In this document: piece by piece, positions 46,708 to 59,033 of the stretch | Layout of the letters: each line of letters starts with the position of its first letter | How positions within the stretch are numbered: position 1 is the first letter of the stretch | Assembly: GCA_000004695.1 (NCBI GenBank) | Contig: CM000154.2 | Location: 1,120,001 to 1,184,000, forward strand | Reading direction: 5' to 3' | Length of the DNA: 64,000 nt | From: Dictyostelium discoideum | Taxonomy: Eukaryota | The notes under the pieces: generated by a model | Told to the model about the DNA's origin: nothing | Databases searched by the model: none | The model's input: the letters and a program-made list of their open reading frames with translations, nothing else | Program-made: the position numbers and the translations under genes

Positions 46708-49551
46708 TTAATTTGTTTTTATGGTATCAGGATCGTCCAATTTAATTTCACCAATATCAGTTGAGATATTTCTAAGAGAATATTTTGAAGGATCACCTAA
46801 ACGACCCAAACGTTCACTTATTAATGATAAAAATGGACCAACTAAAGTTGGAAGATATTCTAAAACTGGTCTCTTTTCTTTCTTTTCCTTTTCTAAATCA
46901 AATTCTTCTTCTTCTTCTTCTTGTTCTTCTTTGTTATCTTTTTCTTTTTCGCTTTCTTTTTGTTCTGGTTCAGAATCTTTTTTATCATTTTTATTTTTTT
47001 TATTTTTTTCATCCTTTTCAATATTTTTCTTTGTTGCTTCTTTATTACCAACTTCCATTCTCCATTCTCTATATTGTATGACACTATCTAATTCTGCAAT
47101 AATTAATTTCTTTAAATTTGGTGAAAGTGGGTCAAAGATTTGTTTTGAAACATCAACTTCTTCATCCTTTAAAAATTGTAATAAACCTAATAACCAACAA
47201 AGTGATAAAGATAATAAACCTGTTTTTTGTTCTGTTTCTTGTTGTGGTGGTTGTTGTTCTGATGTTGATTTTTGATCACTATTTTCACCATTTGGAATTG
47301 GTGATACAGGATTTGATGATGATGAATCTGCTGAATGAAATACTGGTGAATCAAATTGAATCTTTGCATCTGCAACAACCAATTCATGAATTAATTCATA
47401 GATTCTTTCCATTAAAGTTGTATTAACCTCTTCAAAAAGTACTAATCTTTCTGCCATTGTAATTGCTTGTTTTCTATCTTTTTTGAATTTCTTTTTAATA
47501 TTTTTACTCTTTTCTTTTTGATTATCTGTATTTGTACCTAAAAAATCACTAATATCACTTGTGAATTTTGTAAACATTGATGATTCTTTTGGATTTGGTG
47601 ATACAACAACTGTTGGAGTAGTAGTTGTAGTTGTAGTAGTTGTTGAGGTTGTAGTTGAAGTAACAATTATTGGTGAATCAGATGGAGAATCAATTGAGAA
47701 TTCACCACTATCAATATGACCACTATCATTTATTGGACTAGTTGATTCAATACCAATTTTAATTGGAGTTGAAGGTTGAGTTGAAGCCTTGGCATTTGTA
47801 TTGGTGGTTGAGGTAGTTTTTGATTTAAACCAACCTAAAGATTTTGAAAGTAAACCTTTTTTTTCTTCAGTTTGAGGTGGTATTACAAAGGTATCAGAAG
47901 GTGTACCATTATTGAAACTATTACTAGCACTATTATTAATACTATTTGATTTACTACTACTATTACTACCACCTCCATTTACAAATTGATCATCAGTGAT
48001 TTCATCACCACTTAATTCGAAATCATCTACTTCATCTTCACCAACTAAATTACCAGTTTCAGCTGCAACAATTAATTTTTTAATGACTCTTGCTAAACGT
48101 TCAAAGTGATTACCAATATTAGCCTTACAAAATAATTTACCCAATGGTTCATAGAGTACTGGTAAGAGTTCACGAATGATTTCAATCATCTCTTCATTAC
48201 CAAGTATTTCAACGAAATCTTCTTTCTCCTTTTTTCTTTTCTCTAATTTTGCATACTCAAAGAGTGATTTAAATTGTTCTTCATTCAATTGTTGTAAGAT
48301 TGAAGCATCCAATGATGGAGAACCTGGCCATTGATATTGAAGTATTGAAATTGCCGATGGAATCTCTTTGAATTGTAAAATGGGTGAACCAGCGGCATCG
48401 GAAACATGATGAGAATTGTAAGCGAATCCTTTAATTTTTGCTAAAACTTGTTTACGTACGGCATGTTTTAAATCGGATAAATCTTGTTCGGCCTTTTTAT
48501 GAGCTTTCTTTGCGGTACGTTCAGTTTTTGCCGCCTCAACCATTACGGAACAAATGGTTTGCATTAAATTTCTTGCACCAAATGGTTTGGCTAAAAACAT
48601 TAAAATCATACCTTTCAAGAGTGTAACTGGATTGGCGATATTGAGGGATGCTTTGATCGCAGTGATTGGGGTTATCATGTATAGACGTTTTAATTTGGTG
48701 ACTTGTTTTGGGTCCCTCATCTCTCTCTCCATCCAAAGTGATAGAATCTTAATCATAATCTGTATAAACTCTGATAGATCCGGTGGCAAATCCTTGACAT
48801 TCTTTGTTTGAAGTATTGTACCAAACAAATAGCCAATACCATTGGTCGATGAGCCACCCTCCTTATTACGCTCCTCAATGTTCATGACGATCACCTGAGT
48901 CACCTCTGTTAGACGACGTTGTAATCTAACGATGGTTTCATCACGCTCGACATCGTAGATATTGTTCTTTCTTTTCTCTTCCTCCTTCTCATCTTCAATA
49001 TCCTCTAGGGTGTCTTGTTGTTTCAACTTTACAATTTTATCTGGTTTATACTTTTGCAAACGCTCCCATTCCTCTTTATTATAGTCTTTGAACACCTTTA
49101 ATGTTTTATCTTTTTGCTTCTCCTGTGGTGTTCTTAATGCAATATCAAAACATTTCACCACAAACTTTCTAAATTGGTCATTGGTCTCTTGTTTGGTGGC
49201 AATTTGTGATTGAATTATAATATGTGGTAATCTATCAATCAATTGTTGAAATCTAATCTTTGCTTGTTGCTTTGATGTCAACAAAGGAATCGATGTTAAT
49301 TGTCCAAATAAAAATTTTAAAAATAATGTTTCAGTTACATTTTGTGAATTGCTAAAATAAATTTTAACCTCATCTTGTACTGAATATTTTAATAATTGTT
49401 GTTTTAAATATGATTCTTGTTCATATGATAATTTAAATTGTTCATTTAATTCTTTTTTTAATTCTTCATTTTCATTATTTTTATTAATATTAATTTCTAA
49501 TGTTTCTTTAGTTATAATTTCAATTGATTCTTTATTTTCTAAATTTTCCAT
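46708..49551 (-). CDS. Large hypothetical protein of 947 aa, with a conserved-looking N-terminal two-thirds and a Ser/Thr-rich, KE-rich C-terminal third.
   Basis: It is a single long ORF with good codon usage in its N-terminal 600 aa. I could assign no domain with confidence. Antisense ORFs on the plus strand here are artefacts. Confidence 0.55.
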   Translation of the reverse strand: MENLENKESIEIITKETLEININKNNENEELKKELNEQFKLSYEQESYLKQQLLKYSVQDEVKIYFSNSQNVTETLFLKFLFGQLTSIPLLTSKQQAKIRFQQLIDRLPHIIIQSQIATKQETNDQFRKFVVKCFDIALRTPQEKQKDKTLKVFKDYNKEEWERLQKYKPDKIVKLKQQDTLEDIEDEKEEEKRKNNIYDVERDETIVRLQRRLTEVTQVIVMNIEERNKEGGSSTNGIGYLFGTILQTKNVKDLPPDLSEFIQIMIKILSLWMEREMRDPKQVTKLKRLYMITPITAIKASLNIANPVTLLKGMILMFLAKPFGARNLMQTICSVMVEAAKTERTAKKAHKKAEQDLSDLKHAVRKQVLAKIKGFAYNSHHVSDAAGSPILQFKEIPSAISILQYQWPGSPSLDASILQQLNEEQFKSLFEYAKLEKRKKEKEDFVEILGNEEMIEIIRELLPVLYEPLGKLFCKANIGNHFERLARVIKKLIVAAETGNLVGEDEVDDFELSGDEITDDQFVNGGGSNSSSKSNSINNSASNSFNNGTPSDTFVIPPQTEEKKGLLSKSLGWFKSKTTSTTNTNAKASTQPSTPIKIGIESTSPINDSGHIDSGEFSIDSPSDSPIIVTSTTTSTTTTTTTTTPTVVVSPNPKESSMFTKFTSDISDFLGTNTDNQKEKSKNIKKKFKKDRKQAITMAERLVLFEEVNTTLMERIYELIHELVVADAKIQFDSPVFHSADSSSSNPVSPIPNGENSDQKSTSEQQPPQQETEQKTGLLSLSLCWLLGLLQFLKDEEVDVSKQIFDPLSPNLKKLIIAELDSVIQYREWRMEVGNKEATKKNIEKDEKNKKNKNDKKDSEPEQKESEKEKDNKEEQEEEEEEFDLEKEKKEKRPVLEYLPTLVGPFLSLISERLGRLGDPSKYSLRNISTDIGEIKLDDPDTIKTN

Positions 49552-50443
49552 GTTTTTTTTTTTTTGTTTATTATTATTATTCTTTTTTTTTTTTTTGTTT
49601 TTTGTTTTTTGTTTTGGTAATAGAATAAAAAAAAAAAGAATAAAAAATATATTTATAAGGTTTTTTTTTTTTTATATGTTTTTTTTGTAAAAATTTATAA
49701 AATAAATAATAAATATGTTTTTTTTTTTTTTTTTTTTTGTAAAATAAATTTTTTTTTTTTTTTTTTTTGTGTTTAATATTTAATTAAATTAAATAAAATA
49801 AAAAAAAGGAAAAAAAAAAAAATATATAATAGGGTGGTGGGTTATTGAACGAATAGTTAATTAAATGAAAATTAAAAAAAAAAAATTTCAAAATGTTTTT
49901 TTTTATTTTTTTTTATTTTTTTAATTTTTTTTTATTTTTTACCTGAAATTTGTTGTTCCAAATTAAAACTTCCATGCGTTTATTTTTAAAAAAAAAGTGA
50001 TTCAGAGAAAAAAAAAAAAAAATTTTATAAAAACAAAATAATTATTAAACAGGAAGTCTGATTGTTTGAAAAACTAAAAAACCAAAAAACTGGTTGGTCA
50101 GAAGTAACATTTCTTTTCTTTTTTTTTTTTTTCTTTTCTTTTTTTTTTTTTTTGATTAATTTTCTTTTTTTTAGGTTTTTTTTTTTTTTTTTTTATTTTA
50201 TTTTTTATATTTTAAAAATTTTAATAAATAGTTATTGAGTCTTTCTCTCAATCTTTCTTTTTTTTTTATTCTTTCTACTGCAGTGCTTCTTATGATTTTA
50301 GTGGTGATTTTATGAAATTTAATAAAGTAATATAATAAACTATTGATGGTTTGATAATTGATAATTTTTGGGTTTTGTTTTGTTTTTTTTTTTATAATTT
50401 TATATTTTATATTTAATATTTAAAAAGATTAATCTTAAGATCT

Positions 50444-51348
50444 CTAAGAACCACCACCACCACTAATTACATTTACTAACCAATCTAAACCTTCATAAAT
50501 TCCAACACCATTGATTGCAGATGTTTTAAAAATTGCCCATTGTCTATTCTTTAGTGATGAAAGTTTTAAACCTTCACTAACTTGTGCATCAGATAATGCA
50601 CCTGGTAAATCTTGTTTATTGGCGAAAACCAATAATGGTGTTGTTCTTAATTCTTCCTCTGATAACATTGCTACCAACTCTTCATTTGCTATACCCAGTC
50701 TATCTGGATCTGATGAATCAACTACATAAATAATTGCATTTGTATTTGGATAATAACATCTCCAATAAGGTCTAATTGCACTCTGTCCACCTAAATCCCA
50801 TAAGAAAAATCGTATATTCTTATATGTAATTGATTCTACATTAAATCCAATTGCTAAAATTGTTTTCATTTTATTTTATTTTAAAAAAAAAATAAAAAAA
50901 CAATTAAAATTTGAAATTTACTTTTTTTTTTTTGAAAATAAAATCTGAAATTTCTTGATATTTGATTTAATTAATTACTTACTAGGTATTGTAGTTAAAA
51001 CTTCGCCACATTGTAGTTTATATAAAATAGTTGTTTTTCCTGCTGAATCCAACCCTCTTTTTTTTTAAAAAAAAAATATTAAAACCATGACTCTTATAAA
51101 TTATCTTTATTTTATTTTATTTTTTATTTTTTATTTTTTTTAAGAAAAGAATGACCTAAATGTACATACAATATTAATATTCTAACATCTTTATTACCAA
51201 ATAATTTAAAAAATACAGATGAAAATAAATTTCCTATGATTTAAATTTAAAGATTAGAGATTAATTTTTTTTTTTATTTTTTATTTTTTTTATTTTTTTT
51301 TTTTTGGAAAAAAAAAAAAAAAAAAACGATTAATAAAAACTTACCCAT
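50444..51348 (-). CDS. arl1: ADP-ribosylation factor-like GTPase ARL1. The four exons are 51348..51345, 51233..51170, 51056..50983 and 50853..50444.
   Basis: The assembled protein is [82 protein letters not shown]…[10 protein letters not shown]…, with about 65% identity to human ARL1. The micro-exon ATGG is followed by GTAAGT (plus-strand ACTTACCCAT at 51339-51348). The donors are GTATGT (51169) and GTAAGT (50982). The acceptors are ATCATAG, AAAAAG and TTTTAG. The phases are 1, 2 and 1. Confidence 0.85.
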
Positions 51349-51809
51349 ATTAATTTATTCTAATAGCAAAAATTAATTATTATTTAAAATATCTATATCG
51401 TTTATTTTTTATTTTTTTTATTTTTAATAATACTAATATGCTATGTATATATAATATATATATGGGTATATATATATATATATTGTTACAATGATTTCTA
51501 TTTATCTTTTTTATTTATTTTTTTTGCGTTTGTTAAATTAAAAAAAAAAAAAAAAAAAATTAAAAAAAAAATAAAAAAATTTTAAATTGAAAAAAAAAAA
51601 AAAAAAAAAAAAATATTTAGGGGGTGGTGACAAAAAAATAAAATAAAATAAAAAAGATTCCAAAATCGACTTTTAAAAAATATTTTATTTTCATTTTATT
51701 TTTTATTTTATTTTTTTTTTTTATCAATGATTTTTAATTTTATTTATTTTTAATTTGGATTCAAGTATAGATAAATAGATTAATCAAAAATACACAAAAT
51801 GATATGAAA

Positions 51810-51849
<40 letters not shown>

Positions 51850-52052
51850 TAATCATTGTTTTTCATATATTTATTTTTATTTTTTTTTTTTTTGAAATCA
51901 AAAATTTTATTTTGCAGGATAATAAATTTTAAAACTTTTGGAAAAAAGATCTTAATAAATCTATTTTATTTTTATTATTTTGTTACATATCTTGATTTTT
52001 TTTTTTTTTTTTTTTTTTTTTATTTATTTATTTGAAATTTCATTTTTTTGAT

Positions 52053-53475
52053 TTATTTTTCATAGGGTTTATTATTTATTTTTAAAACATCAATGATATT
52101 ACCAACAAAAAGTTCTTCACCATCGGCTATTGGGTTACTATGAACAAACAATGCACCAAACAATAATTTACCATTAAATTTACGATAAGTTTCCATTGTT
52201 CTTAATGGTTCATTATCGCCATAAGGATCCAAGATACCAGTTTCTGGTTGAACAGTTGTTAATTTACAACGTGGTGTGAAGGCAACTCTTGATAATAATA
52301 AACCAGAGATTCTAATTTGCTCCCATCTATCCTCTTCAAATGGTGAGCAATCATAACCACTTACTAAAATATTTGGTCTAAAGTTTGAGAAAGTTACAGG
52401 ATCTCTTGGTTTTTCCTTCTTTTCTTTACGAATAGCATCGATATGCATATTGATATCATCGATTGACGACTCTGAAAGAATCATTACTTGTGAGGTATCA
52501 CATAATGCAAATTGGTAATTGTCTCTATCAATTTCAGTTGGCTCTTCAATTATATGATCAACATAATCCTCTGGTACTCTTCTATGATATTCGCCTGGTG
52601 CAATTGTTACTAAACGTGCTTCTGTATCCAAGAATTTGGTTAACCATTCTGAAACTTGATCACCACAATCAACAACATCAACTGTATCTTTCCAAATTCC
52701 AACTTTAATAATTTCTTTATCATTTGTATCACCAATTTTAACCTTTATTTATTTTTTTTATAAAATTAAAATTTATTATTAATTTTTTTTTTTTTATTTT
52801 TTTATTTTTTTTTTTTTTTTTCCCCACCACATACATACACGAATTTCATTTTGACCTTTTGCATTAATGATTAAATATTGACCATCTTCAGAGATATCTG
52901 GTTCAATTAATGCCATTTTTGGAGTTGTACGTTGACTCATGAATCTACCTTGATGAATTAACATAAATCTTCTATCATTTTCAAATCCATATTTATCAAT
53001 TTTACAAGATCTAACTTCAATGCCTTTACATGATTTAACTATAATTTTATTTTATTATAAATTAATATTTTTATAAAGAAAAAAAAAAAAAAAAAAAAAA
53101 AAAATCGTTGTAATCTTATATATAAAGATATTTGGATTTTAAAAAACTTACTTGGGTAAATAATGATTTTTTTAATTCTAAATGGATGATCTCTTGGACT
53201 TGAATCACCTAATGTATTGTTGTTGTTGTTATTAATATTATTATTATTATTATTATTATTGGCATTATTTTTATTTGAATAATAATTGTAAAATGATATA
53301 ATATTCAATGCCAAGATACCAGCACCACTAAAATTGATGATTAGGATGACGTCATCATATTTAAATATTAATATTTAAAATCAATTAGATATTATTTTTA
53401 AATTATAATGTATTTAAATACATACATAAAGTATTTAATATTAGCTTGAACAAAATCTATAAAATTTGAAGACAT
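52053..53475 (-). CDS. MOSC-domain protein (mARC / amidoxime-reducing component-like, MOSC_N plus MOSC) with an N-terminal membrane anchor. The four exons are 53475..53426, 53327..53152, 53038..52839 and 52742..52053.
   Basis: Exon 1 reads MSSNFIDFVQANIKYF and exon 2 continues (I)GAGILALNIISFY…, giving a TM-anchor-like segment followed by a polyN tract and IKKIIIYP. Exon 3 reads (I)KSCKGIEVRSCKIDKYGFENDRRFMLIHQGRFMSQRTTPKMALIEP…EIR, the MOSC_N beta-barrel. Exon 4 reads VKIGDTNDKEIIKVGIWKDTVDVVDCGDQVSEWLTKFLDTEARLV… and then the MOSC domain with the conserved Cys in AFTPRCKLTTV. The donors are GTATGT, GTAAGT and GTATGT. All phases are consistent. The ORF-track starts at 52631 and 53314 are TTG codons. 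Confidence 0.75.
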
Positions 53476-53599
53476 TTTATTTTTCTATTATAATTATATA
53501 ATTAAAAAAAAAAAAAAAAAAAAAAAAGATAAAAAAAAAAATTAAATTAAAAAAAAAAAAAAAATTATTAAATTAAATTAAAAAAAAAAAAATATTTTC

Positions 53600-53632
<33 letters not shown>

Positions 53633-54415
53633 TTAAATAACGATTTAATTTTATTTATTTTTAAATGTGGATTTTGTATGGATAAATAGAGCACACAAAA
53701 ATACACAAAATGATATAAAATGTAATTACATTTTTTTTTATTTTTTTTTTATTTTTTTTATTTTTTTTTGTTTTTTTAATAAAAAATTTTATTTTAAAAT
53801 TTATATACCATCCATTTTTTAAAATTGTTTTTTTATTTTAAAGAACAACAAGTGGGGAATAAATTTTATATAAAAAATAGATTTTTTTCTTGGATTATAA
53901 AAAAAAAAATTGGTTTTATCAAATCAATTTTTAAGTTTATAATTTCTTATTTTAATTGATTTATGCCAATTCTATCAAACCAATTCTTTTGGTTTTTTAT
54001 TAACAAAAATAATACCTTTACATTTTATTTTACGTGGTTAAAACAATGGTTTTTTTTTTTTTTTTTATTATAAATTTTTTAATTTAATATAAGGTGCATA
54101 GGTAATTGATTAAATAATTTTACTTTCCAAGTATTTTTATTATTTATTTCAAAAAACTTTCTTTTTCTTTTTTGTTTCTTTTTTTTTTCTTTTTTTTTAT
54201 AAAAAAATTTTAAAGGGGGGGATAAAATCTTATTTTACAATCTATAAAAATTGTAATGGGAATTAAGATTTTAATACAAATTAATAAATCTTAATTGCTA
54301 ATAAATTATTTTTTGGATGAAAAAAAAAAAAGAAGGGAAAAAAAAAAATGTATAAAAGAAAAAAATTAATGGACATTTAAAATAAAAATATATTCAAATA
54401 CAATCTTTTAAAATC

Positions 54416-54719
54416 ATGACTCTCTTTTGTAGGTTTTACTAAATTAAAAAAAAGTTTTTTTTTTCAGAATAATAATTAACAATTTGTATTTTTCTTTATA
54501 CTTTTAAAATTAGCATCATTATCATCATTAAGCACTGGTTCTTTGAAATCAAGTGTTTCTTCAATTGAAACTGGTAGTTCAAGTGGTTCATTTGGTTCAA
54601 ATGAAACATCGGGATGGGGTCACCATCATTGGAATAGTTGTCATCCATGTCCACCACCACGTCCAATCTGTCGTCCATGTCCACCACCATGTCGTCCAGT
54701 ACCAAGATGTCATTATTAA
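54416..54719 (+). CDS. hssA/2C/7E-family-like small Ser/Gly-rich protein with a Cys/Pro-rich C-terminus. Exons are 54416..54428 and 54514..54719.
   Basis: Exon 1 is ATG ACT CTC TTT T followed by GTAGGT. The acceptor is AAAATTAG (54512-54513). The product is [72 protein letters not shown]. It has the same 13-nt first exon and MT(I/L)…S-rich architecture as the minus-strand family member at 58682..59033. The ORF track lists only the spurious antisense ORF 54496..54705. Confidence 0.5.
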
Positions 54720-55199
54720 AGTTTAGTTTTAAATAAAATTAATAAAAAATATATTCAAACACATTGAATTTGATTTTGGAAAATTTACTACCAATAAAAC
54801 TAATGATAATAAAATTCTTTTATTAACAAAATTTATTATTTAACAGAAATATAGAATGTATTAATGATGCTCAAAAAACTGATGATTTAAAATATGTTAG
54901 AGAATGGGTTTATTCCTTTGTGAGTCAATGTCCAATACATAATCCAATAGTTTTTTTTTTTTTTTTTTTTTTTCCTCAAAACAATTACAAAAAATTTGAT
55001 TGTAATTTTTTTTTTTTTTTTTTTTGGGGTTGTAAATTAATAAAAAATAAAATAAATTATAATTTTATTTATTTTGGAGTTGTAAATTAGTAAAAAAAAA
55101 AAAAAAAATAAATAAAAAAAATTTGATTACAACAATTTTAAGATTTATTTATTTATATTTTTTTTTATTTTTTTATTTTTATTTTCCAATACTTTTTTT

Positions 55200-56549
55200 T
55201 CATTTTTTATCTTGATTTTCAATTTGATTTTGATTATCTTTATCTTTATCTTCATCATCATCATCAGTATAATAAGCAAATGGTTGTCTTAATAAACAAG
55301 ATAAGAATAAAGTGATTGGTAAAGATATTAAGGATATGATATATAAACGTTTTGGAGAGATTTTAGTGATGAATGGTAATGCTAAAGAGGCACTACTTAA
55401 TGCCATACAAGTGAGAGTGATTGGATGAACGTTGAAATTAAAGAAATAGTCAAAGATGAAAGGCAATGGAATACCAAATAAAGCATGAGCCAATGAAACA
55501 CGATCCACTGTTTTCTTTTCGTGAGTCACTGATAACATTTTATAACCTGCACCACGATATTGTTCACGAAGTACTTGAGAGAGTGCTAAGAAATGAGGAA
55601 TTTGCCAAATGTACATAAAGGTAGCCAATAGCATACCGATTGCTTCAAATTCACCAGTGGCAGCAACCGAGCCGATTAATGGGGGGATGGCACCGACGAA
55701 TGCGCCAATCCAAGTATTCAAGGGTGTGACCCTCTTCAAATCGGTGTACCAGCAATATAGGATAACATTACATGCTGCCAATGTGCCTGGAACAAATAGT
55801 GATGGTGTGACAGCCATAGTGCCGAATCCCAATGTTAACAATGCTATCGAACCCACCCATGCCTTACCTCTATTAATAGTACCAATTACCAATGGTCTAT
55901 CTTTGGTACGTGGCATCTTTCTATCATGTTGTACCTCAATTTCTTGATTATGAATATTTGCTGAGCATGATGCTAAAAATGTACCAATACTAACTTGACT
56001 CAAAACTACCCAATCAAATGCTCCAATTGGACATGCTGCAACATATCCCGCTATAGCTGTCAATGTAACATAAACTGTAATTGGTAATTTAATTAATGTC
56101 ATATATGGTCCTCTTAAAAATCCTTTAGATTTTGTTTGATTTGATTTTATTGATTGTTCATTATTATTATTACTATTTTCATTATTATTTTCATTATTAT
56201 TTTCATTTTTAATATTATTTTCATTTATATTTGTAGTAGTTGTTGTTGATGTTGTTGTTGTTGATGTTGAATAAATTCTTTTTAAAAATTGATTCTTTTC
56301 TTCAAATATATTGTTATAAATTATTTTTTTATCATTTTGTTGTTTATTTAAAAATTTATCATTTAAAATTATATTATTGTTATTATTGTTATTATTACTA
56401 TAATTATTATTACCACTATTTAATCTGGTTATGGTGGTTGAAGATTTCATATAATAATTTTGAAAATATAATAAACCCCCATTTTTTGAATTGGTAGTAT
56501 TTCGCAATCCTGATTTACTAATATTATTGATAATTTTTGATAACATCAT
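55200..56549 (-). CDS. cox10: Protoheme IX farnesyltransferase (heme O synthase, COX10), mitochondrial, with an Asn-rich N-terminal extension.
   Basis: The core is a UbiA prenyltransferase fold with …NIHNQEIEVQHDRKMPRTKDRPLVIG… and …GAFVGAIPPLIGSVAATG…YIWQIPHFLALS…. It has multiple TM helices and is a single exon. Confidence 0.85.
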   Translation of the reverse strand: MMLSKIINNISKSGLRNTTNSKNGGLLYFQNYYMKSSTTITRLNSGNNNYSNNNNNNNNIILNDKFLNKQQNDKKIIYNNIFEEKNQFLKRIYSTSTTTTSTTTTTNINENNIKNENNNENNNENSNNNNEQSIKSNQTKSKGFLRGPYMTLIKLPITVYVTLTAIAGYVAACPIGAFDWVVLSQVSIGTFLASCSANIHNQEIEVQHDRKMPRTKDRPLVIGTINRGKAWVGSIALLTLGFGTMAVTPSLFVPGTLAACNVILYCWYTDLKRVTPLNTWIGAFVGAIPPLIGSVAATGEFEAIGMLLATFMYIWQIPHFLALSQVLREQYRGAGYKMLSVTHEKKTVDRVSLAHALFGIPLPFIFDYFFNFNVHPITLTCMALSSASLALPFITKISPKRLYIISLISLPITLFLSCLLRQPFAYYTDDDDEDKDKDNQNQIENQDKK

Positions 56550-56758
56550 CTTTTATCTTAATTCTAATAATAGTGCCAAGTGTTTTTTTTTTTTTTTTTT
56601 TGTTATTTTTTTTAAAAAAAAATTGTTTTTTTTTTTTTTTGAAATAACCTTTGAAGAATGTGTGTGTGTGAGTGAGTGTAGATCTAATCTAAAATTGGTT
56701 TTTTTTTTTTTTTTTAAATTTAGTATCTATTTTCCCCCATAAAATGCTTTGTTGAGAG

Positions 56759-56791
<33 letters not shown>

Positions 56792-57223
56792 TTTTAAATA
56801 CGCACAATTTGTGATTTTTTTTTTATTTTATTTTTTTTTTATTTTTTTTATTTTTTTTTATTTTTTTTATTATTTTTATTTTATTTTTTTTTTATTCTGT
56901 TTTTTTATTTTGCCCCAATAATAAAAATTCTCAAAAGGCTCCTCAATCTGATGGTGTGATTATGGCTCACATCATTATAAAATAATTGAAAATAATTAAA
57001 TTTTTTTTTTTTTTTTTAATCAGTTTATTCTCTTTTTTTAGTTTTTCCAAAAATGGTTTCATAATTAATCAACATTTTTCATACAATTGTATATTTTTTT
57101 TTTTTTCCAGTCCATTTATGATGGGCAGCCTATAATTTTTTTTTTTTTTTTATAAAAATTAATAAAAAAGAATCTATTATTATTCACAGTATTGGAATTA
57201 AATCTCCTCAAAAAAACAAAATC

Positions 57224-57257
<34 letters not shown>

Positions 57258-57512
57258 TGAAATTATCCTAATAATAAAGCATTATCATTCATATATAACA
57301 TTTTTATTTTAATATTTTTTTTTTTTCTTGAAAAAAAAAAATTTGTATTTTGGATAATAATAATAATAAAATTATAAAATTCAACTATTTATAATTTTTT
57401 TTTTCTTTTTTTTTTTTCTTTTCCAATCATATTTTTAAAATCAAAATAGTAAATTAGGATAATAAATAAAGATAATAAATTAAGATAATAAATAAGGATA
57501 ATAAAATAAAAA

Positions 57513-57626
57513 ATGAAAAGAATTATTAATCTAAAAAGAAGAAAAAATAATAAAATAAATTCAAAATATTTTTTAAAAAAAAGACATTTAAAAATTTTAA
57601 TGAAATCAAATCAAATAAAAAAAATA

Positions 57627-57721
<95 letters not shown>

Positions 57722-58520
57722 TAATAATAATAATTTTAATAAAATTAATTTTAATAAAAAAAAATTTAAAATTGGGAATAATTTAAATGAATTAAATTCA
57801 ATAATAATACCAAATGATACAACTCATTTATTATTTTCAAATTATTTTAATTTACAATTAAATCAATTAAAGATACCAAAATCTGTAATTTCAATTAATT
57901 TTATAAATAATTGTTTGTTTAATCAAAAAGTTTGTAAAAATAGTTTTTCAATAATGAATAAATTAAAAATACTTAAATTTGGTGATAATTTTAATAATGC
58001 TGATTTACCAATTAAAAATGGTGATTTACCAATATCTTTAATTGAATTAGATTTGGGAACATTGTATAATCAAGATTTAGAAAAGGGTTCTATACCATTG
58101 AATGTAAAGAAACTATCATTGGGTGAGTCATTTAATAAAGAGTTAAAAGTTGGTGATATTCCACCAAAAGTTGTATCATTACAATTTAGTGAACATTTTA
58201 ATCAAATAATTAAACCAAACGTACTACCAAATTCAATCACTGATTTAACATTTGGTTCAAAATTCAATCAACCTCTATTACCAAATTCAATTCCAAACAA
58301 TTGTAAAACTTTATTTTTTGGTGTAGATTTCAATCAACAAATTCAAATTAATGTCATTCCACCCTCTGTAACTAAAATCATTTTCAATCGGTCATTTTCT
58401 CAAAAAATTTTGCCAAATTCAATAAAATCAAATGTTAAAGAAATCTATTTCAGTAATTCTTTATTAGAATCAGAATTAGAAAATTTACCAAAAACAACAA
58501 AAGTTTATTTTAATTCTTAA
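57513..58520 (+). CDS. FNIP-repeat protein with polyN near the N-terminus.
   Basis: It carries repeated FNxxL..G.IP.SV..L.FG..FNQ units (…FGSKFNQPLLPNSIPNNCKTLFFGVDFNQQIQ…). Confidence 0.6.
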
Positions 58521-58681
58521 AAAAAAAATAAAAAAATTAAATAAAATAAAAAAATAAAATAAAATATAACAAAATAAATTTGTAATTAATATCATAATGT
58601 TGTTTATTATTATTTTTTAATAAGAAATATTTTTTTTTGAGTAATTTTAAGGTTTATAAATTTCTTTTTTTTTTTCTTTTT

Positions 58682-59033
58682 TTAAATATTTGGAGTATAT
58701 CCTAATAAAATACCAGTGTTAGCACCTTTACCAAGGCCATCAACAGTACCAGTGAGGGCACCAGCGACAAGACCAGTAATTGATGTTACAGTACCACTAA
58801 TGAATGCTACAACTGGTAAAAGTGGATTGAAAAATGAAATGATTGATGATGATGAATTACTTCCAAAACCAGCACCACAACTAGATCCGTTAAATGAAGA
58901 TTTTGAACCACCCATTTTCATTGATCCAATTTGAGAGATTGATCCTTTATTATATAAATATAAAAATTATTAACATATGTTTATATATACATTTTTTTAG
59001 AAATTAAAAAATTTAATTACCTAAGATTGTCAT
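58682..59033 (-). CDS. hssA/2C/7E-family small Gly/Ser-rich protein. Exons are 59033..59021 and 58944..58682.
   Basis: Exon 1 is ATG ACA ATC TTA G followed by GTAATT. The acceptor is ATAAAG (58945-58946), phase 1. The product is MTILGSISQIGSMKMGGSKSSFNGSSCGAGFGSNSSSSIISFFNPLLPVVAFISGTVTSITGLVAGALTGTVDGLGKGANTGILLGYTPNI*. This is the characteristic MTILG…, Gly/Ser-rich, roughly 90-aa architecture of the family. Confidence 0.7.

Noticed and set aside
46721-47426. Plus-strand ORFs 46721..47275, 46785..47081 and 47118..47426
   Set aside because: They are antisense to the 947-aa minus-strand gene. They are rich in Ser, Leu and Phe from reverse-complemented GAA/AAG codons.
54496-54705. Minus-strand Asp/Val-rich ORF, the only ORF-track entry at this locus
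   Set aside because: It is antisense to a much better plus-strand two-exon hssA-like gene with canonical splice signals and a family-typical N-terminus. The minus ORF has no start context and no homology.
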